This document shows, in pieces, positions 61,391 through 64,000 of a stretch of 64,000 nucleotides of DNA (position 1 is its first letter; each line of letters starts with the position of its first letter). Below the pieces are notes generated by a model. That model was not told the origin of the DNA. It did not search any database and saw only the letters and a list, made by a program, of their open reading frames with translations. The position numbers and the translations under genes are program-made. The stretch is from Nemertoderma westbladi (lineage: Eukaryota; Animalia; Xenacoelomorpha): assembly GCA_032718475.1 (NCBI GenBank), contig JAUCBJ010004091.1:7778-71777 (forward strand), in the 5' to 3' direction.

Positions 61391-64000
61391 ATGTCTGACA
61401 CTCAGAAAAACCTGTCGGACAGTCTGATCGATACAACTATCTGTGATTCAGATAGGAGTGTGGAGCGAATAAGAGAGAAGTTCGGCTCACCTCCTACTGT
61501 AAAAAAGGTCATCCCTCCAGTAGTATCAGACCCTAGGCTAGTCCACCATAGGTCCATCATAGGCACTCGGGCACAGGTAAAACGGGACCAAGAGGCAGTT
61601 GTCCTATCGCAGCAACATCTTGGTCAAGAACCTACTTCCCAGCGATCCGATAGCTCCAGCAGTTCGGATACTGTAGAGTTGACTCCCGAACATGGAGTGC
61701 AGATGGCTGATACAGTCTACTCGGACCCCCTTCTTACTCTTCCTGCTGCAGTGCTAACTACTATATTCATTGCGGTGGAGGAACATCAAGCCGACTGGGC
61801 GAAGAATAAGCGAGCGACCCAAGATAATTACGCGGGATACGCCAGGGAAGAATTGAGATCTATTGTTGAATCACAATGGAACTTTCCCGGACTAGGACTC
61901 CCGTTGGACCTGTCCGAGGCTACTTGGGAAGAAATACACAGGATGGGAGTGGCTAAAGATACAATGGATCCAGCTGTTTGGAAGAGGTCGGCAGCAGGAT
62001 ATGTGCAGGGATTCTTCGGATCCTTAGAGCGATTGGAAGAACAACTGTTTCGACAACCTCACGGACCTCAAGAGCAGGAAGAGCTGCTATACCAAGTACG
62101 CGAAAGAACCCTACGCATTCGACTAATCCTCTCAGCCTTTGAGGAAACTTCCAAAAGAAGACAGGACACTTCGCTGCAGGTTGCTGTCAAAACTTGGCTA
62201 CATCGGGTAGATCTCAAAGTACAGGAAACAGCCCAGTGGAAATCCCAGCTGGCTGAGAGATCAACCTATGAAGAACCAACTAATGTCACCGAACCAACTG
62301 ATGTCACCCTTGCTCAAGAGGAAAGCGAAGAGGCTGCCGAGAAACCGCGAACTAGAGACGCTATCGACATTTATTTGTCCGACTATCAGCGATTCCTAGG
62401 AGACGAAGAGTTGAGGAGACGGCTGCATGGACTTTCCCCTAATAGTGAAGGAACCAAGCTTATATTGGACTCGATCGATGCCGAAATGTTAGCTGCAAAC
62501 CAAGCTGAATGTGATGAAAAACTCCGCCTCACTAGAGTCCGAGAAGAACAAGTAAAGAAAGAACTGATAGAGACAAGAAGGGTAGCAGCAGCAGAAGCAG
62601 CGGAAACAGAAGCCGAAAGAAAGGCAAAAGCAGCGGAAACAGAAGCCGAAAGAAAGGCAAAAGCGGCGGAAGCAGAAGCCGAAAGAAAGGCAAAGGTGGC
62701 AGAAGCACAGCGGAGAGCGTCTGAGGCGACTATCCAATTGGAGTTGGAAAAGCTGCAAGAGACGCAAGACAGTATAAATAAACAGTTTACTGCTAATCAG
62801 ATGCAGATGATGAGAAAATCTACTCCTAAGCGCCAGGGGTACACATCCTCGGAGGAAGGCGATACTACCGATCCTGAAGGCGGAGGAAATAGATCTCATC
62901 TAAGTAGGCGTAGAAAAACATATTACCGTCGCAAATTGCCTGATTTGCCCCCAGCTGTTAAAAGACAGCTAACTAGCACAGACTTAGGTAGTGCAGAACC
63001 CCTAGAACAATTTATCCAGGTCAAAAGACTCCCTACTATAGTCGATGAACCTGAAATAATTAGGCCTGTTGTTCCCAAAGTCACTTCTGTGCTAGAGACC
63101 CCTACACTTCCAGAGCTTAACTCTAAATTCCCTTTACATAGTACTACACTGCCTGTACCCGGTGGAACAGTCCAAGAGAATACCCCTGTCCAGATAGCAG
63201 AGAGAGAAATCAATAATTTGTCTCCAGTCGTCCCGCGTCAGCCCGCTACTATGTTGGCGACTCCCGCTTCGGCGGTTGAGTGGGTGGAAGAGGGACGGCG
63301 GGGGATGAATCTCCTGCTGGGACAGATGCAGGAGACTGTCCACCAACTTAAGGGAACAGTGAGGGAAGGTAGAGCCGAGTTGCAAGAGGTGCAGCAAAGT
63401 ATCGCACTAGAACGCGACAAATTAGTCAATATCCAAAAGGGCATACCAATACCCCCTGTAACATTGTGTCAACCTGTTAGGTCTGAAGTATTACATGCGC
63501 AAGGTGTGGAGCCTACACGCATCTATACTGCTAGTGACGTTGAAACTCCTATAGCAAACCCTATTAAGGGTGATTATAGACCTGTTATTAATGATATTCC
63601 CTATAGACCTGATAATGATCCGAGAAATTTATATACCGATAATTCGATATTAAATAACACGATGGCCCAAGAAAGCTTTACGCGTCAGATGGCTAGAACA
63701 GAAGCCCGCCAAGCGGTCAAAGTGGGAGAAATCGTCAAATTCAATGGAGACGAAATGAAATGGTTACCTTTCAACGAATATTACAAAGACAGCATACAGA
63801 ACTCTGTGCTATCTAACGGAGAGAAACTTAGGTTCCTCATCAAGTGCTTGGAAGGACCTCCCAAGTTAATGGCGTTAAAGTTTATTGGACATCCAGAAGG
63901 ATTAAGACAAGTTTGGGATACATTAAACATCAGGTATGGTAACAAGGATAACATAGCTAAGTATTTGTATGCAATGACCATGGCTGATCTCATGTCGTTC
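61391..64000 (+). CDS. BEL gag(-pol), open to the window edge (870 codons)
   Basis: ATG at 61391 (MSDTQKNLSDSL); absent from the ORF track because no stop is reached; ends in KFNGDEMKWLPF..LSNGEKLRFLIKCLEG, the Pao gag DUF1759-type motif. Confidence 0.88.
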   Translation, partial: MSDTQKNLSDSLIDTTICDSDRSVERIREKFGSPPTVKKVIPPVVSDPRLVHHRSIIGTRAQVKRDQEAVVLSQQHLGQEPTSQRSDSSSSSDTVELTPEHGVQMADTVYSDPLLTLPAAVLTTIFIAVEEHQADWAKNKRATQDNYAGYAREELRSIVESQWNFPGLGLPLDLSEATWEEIHRMGVAKDTMDPAVWKRSAAGYVQGFFGSLERLEEQLFRQPHGPQEQEELLYQVRERTLRIRLILSAFEETSKRRQDTSLQVAVKTWLHRVDLKVQETAQWKSQLAERSTYEEPTNVTEPTDVTLAQEESEEAAEKPRTRDAIDIYLSDYQRFLGDEELRRRLHGLSPNSEGTKLILDSIDAEMLAANQAECDEKLRLTRVREEQVKKELIETRRVAAAEAAETEAERKAKAAETEAERKAKAAEAEAERKAKVAEAQRRASEATIQLELEKLQETQDSINKQFTANQMQMMRKSTPKRQGYTSSEEGDTTDPEGGGNRSHLSRRRKTYYRRKLPDLPPAVKRQLTSTDLGSAEPLEQFIQVKRLPTIVDEPEIIRPVVPKVTSVLETPTLPELNSKFPLHSTTLPVPGGTVQENTPVQIAEREINNLSPVVPRQPATMLATPASAVEWVEEGRRGMNLLLGQMQETVHQLKGTVREGRAELQEVQQSIALERDKLVNIQKGIPIPPVTLCQPVRSEVLHAQGVEPTRIYTASDVETPIANPIKGDYRPVINDIPYRPDNDPRNLYTDNSILNNTMAQESFTRQMARTEARQAVKVGEIVKFNGDEMKWLPFNEYYKDSIQNSVLSNGEKLRFLIKCLEGPPKLMALKFIGHPEGLRQVWDTLNIRYGNKDNIAKYLYAMTMADLMSF

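Larger units (their letters stand above)
57999..64000 (+). mobile_element. BEL/Pao LTR retrotransposon (element 2), 5' part, related to element 1, opposite orientation
   Basis: LTR, ~2.1-kb leader and gag all align by eye to the reverse complement of element 1; the leader has a ~290-bp tandem duplication (about 59680-60200). Confidence 0.92.

Overview
Repeat-dense eukaryotic (invertebrate animal-like) genomic DNA, not prokaryotic. Host-gene content is small and poorly captured by the ORF track: the last two exons of a clan-3 cytochrome P450 (8962-9108, 10555-10648), a disabled phosphoethanolamine N-methyltransferase, a possible GPI-anchored protein exon, and two 5' exons of an ANF-receptor-family (receptor guanylyl cyclase-like) gene (50053-50235, 51654-51947). 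The rest is retroelements (CRE-like RLE elements, RTE, CR1, APE-type LINEs, two related BEL/Pao elements, one Mag-like Gypsy), a Sola-like transposase remnant, MITEs and satellites, including a five-layer nested stack at 18.6-42.7 kb. Best leads: (1) the P450 heme-binding exon is bracketed by a ~104-copy satellite of its own splice acceptor and a ~29-copy satellite of its own splice donor; (2) both BEL/Pao elements lack a tRNA primer-binding site and instead carry an LTR-flush sequence complementary to a site in their own LTR, with compensating differences between the two elements (possible self-priming); (3) a LINE whose ORF1 and ORF2 are in frame across a single TGA-CAACCA readthrough-type context; (4) an unassigned extra ORF in the env position of one BEL element. 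All family calls are by motif recognition by eye; no database search was run.
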